Source: Octopus bimaculoides
Taxonomy: Eukaryota
Length of the DNA stretch: 51,548 nucleotides
Direction: 5' to 3'
Assembly: GCF_001194135.2 (NCBI RefSeq)
Contig: NC_068981.1
Coordinates: 55,183,623-55,235,170 of the forward strand
Part shown: positions 51,491 to 51,548 of the stretch, one piece after another
Layout: each line of letters starts with the position of its first letter
Position numbering within the stretch: the stretch's first letter is position 1
The notes under the pieces: model-generated
Told to the model about the DNA's origin: nothing
Database searches by the model: none
What the model saw: the letters and a program-made list of their open reading frames with translations, nothing else
Made by a program: the position numbers and the translations under genes

Positions 51491-51548
<58 letters not shown>

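Overview
AT-rich, microsatellite-dense animal genomic DNA with 8 assembly gaps. The repeat landscape (tRNA-derived SINEs, RTE-type LINE remnants, abundant (CA)n/(TA)n/(TACA)n) fits an octopod cephalopod; this assignment is inference. One protein-coding gene is well supported: a divergent alpha-tubulin on the + strand. Coding exons 2-8 lie at 19382-19613, 21343-21491, 23451-23603, 25591-25894, 27589-27849, 47657-47797 and 49475-49596, with a probable ATG-only exon 1 at 15146-15148. The spliced CDS is 1365 nt (454 aa), in frame, with all introns GT-AG. The protein keeps the GGGTGSG motif and catalytic E254. It lacks K40, has a 3-aa acidic insertion in the luminal loop, carries clustered surface substitutions and ends in -ENEF rather than -EEY. 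Intron 6 is 19.8 kb. The rest is transposon debris plus simple repeats. The most notable non-coding observations are: a tRNA-headed SINE carrying a minimal hammerhead-ribozyme motif (6864-6909); an inverted SINE pair whose target-site duplication appears flipped and whose spacer carries a 20-bp copy of nearby DNA (18295-18708); and a palindromic mariner derivative built from two transposase 3' ends (44846-45359). Most entries in the ORF track are microsatellite, gap or chance artefacts. All comparisons to known proteins and families are from memory, not from database searches.
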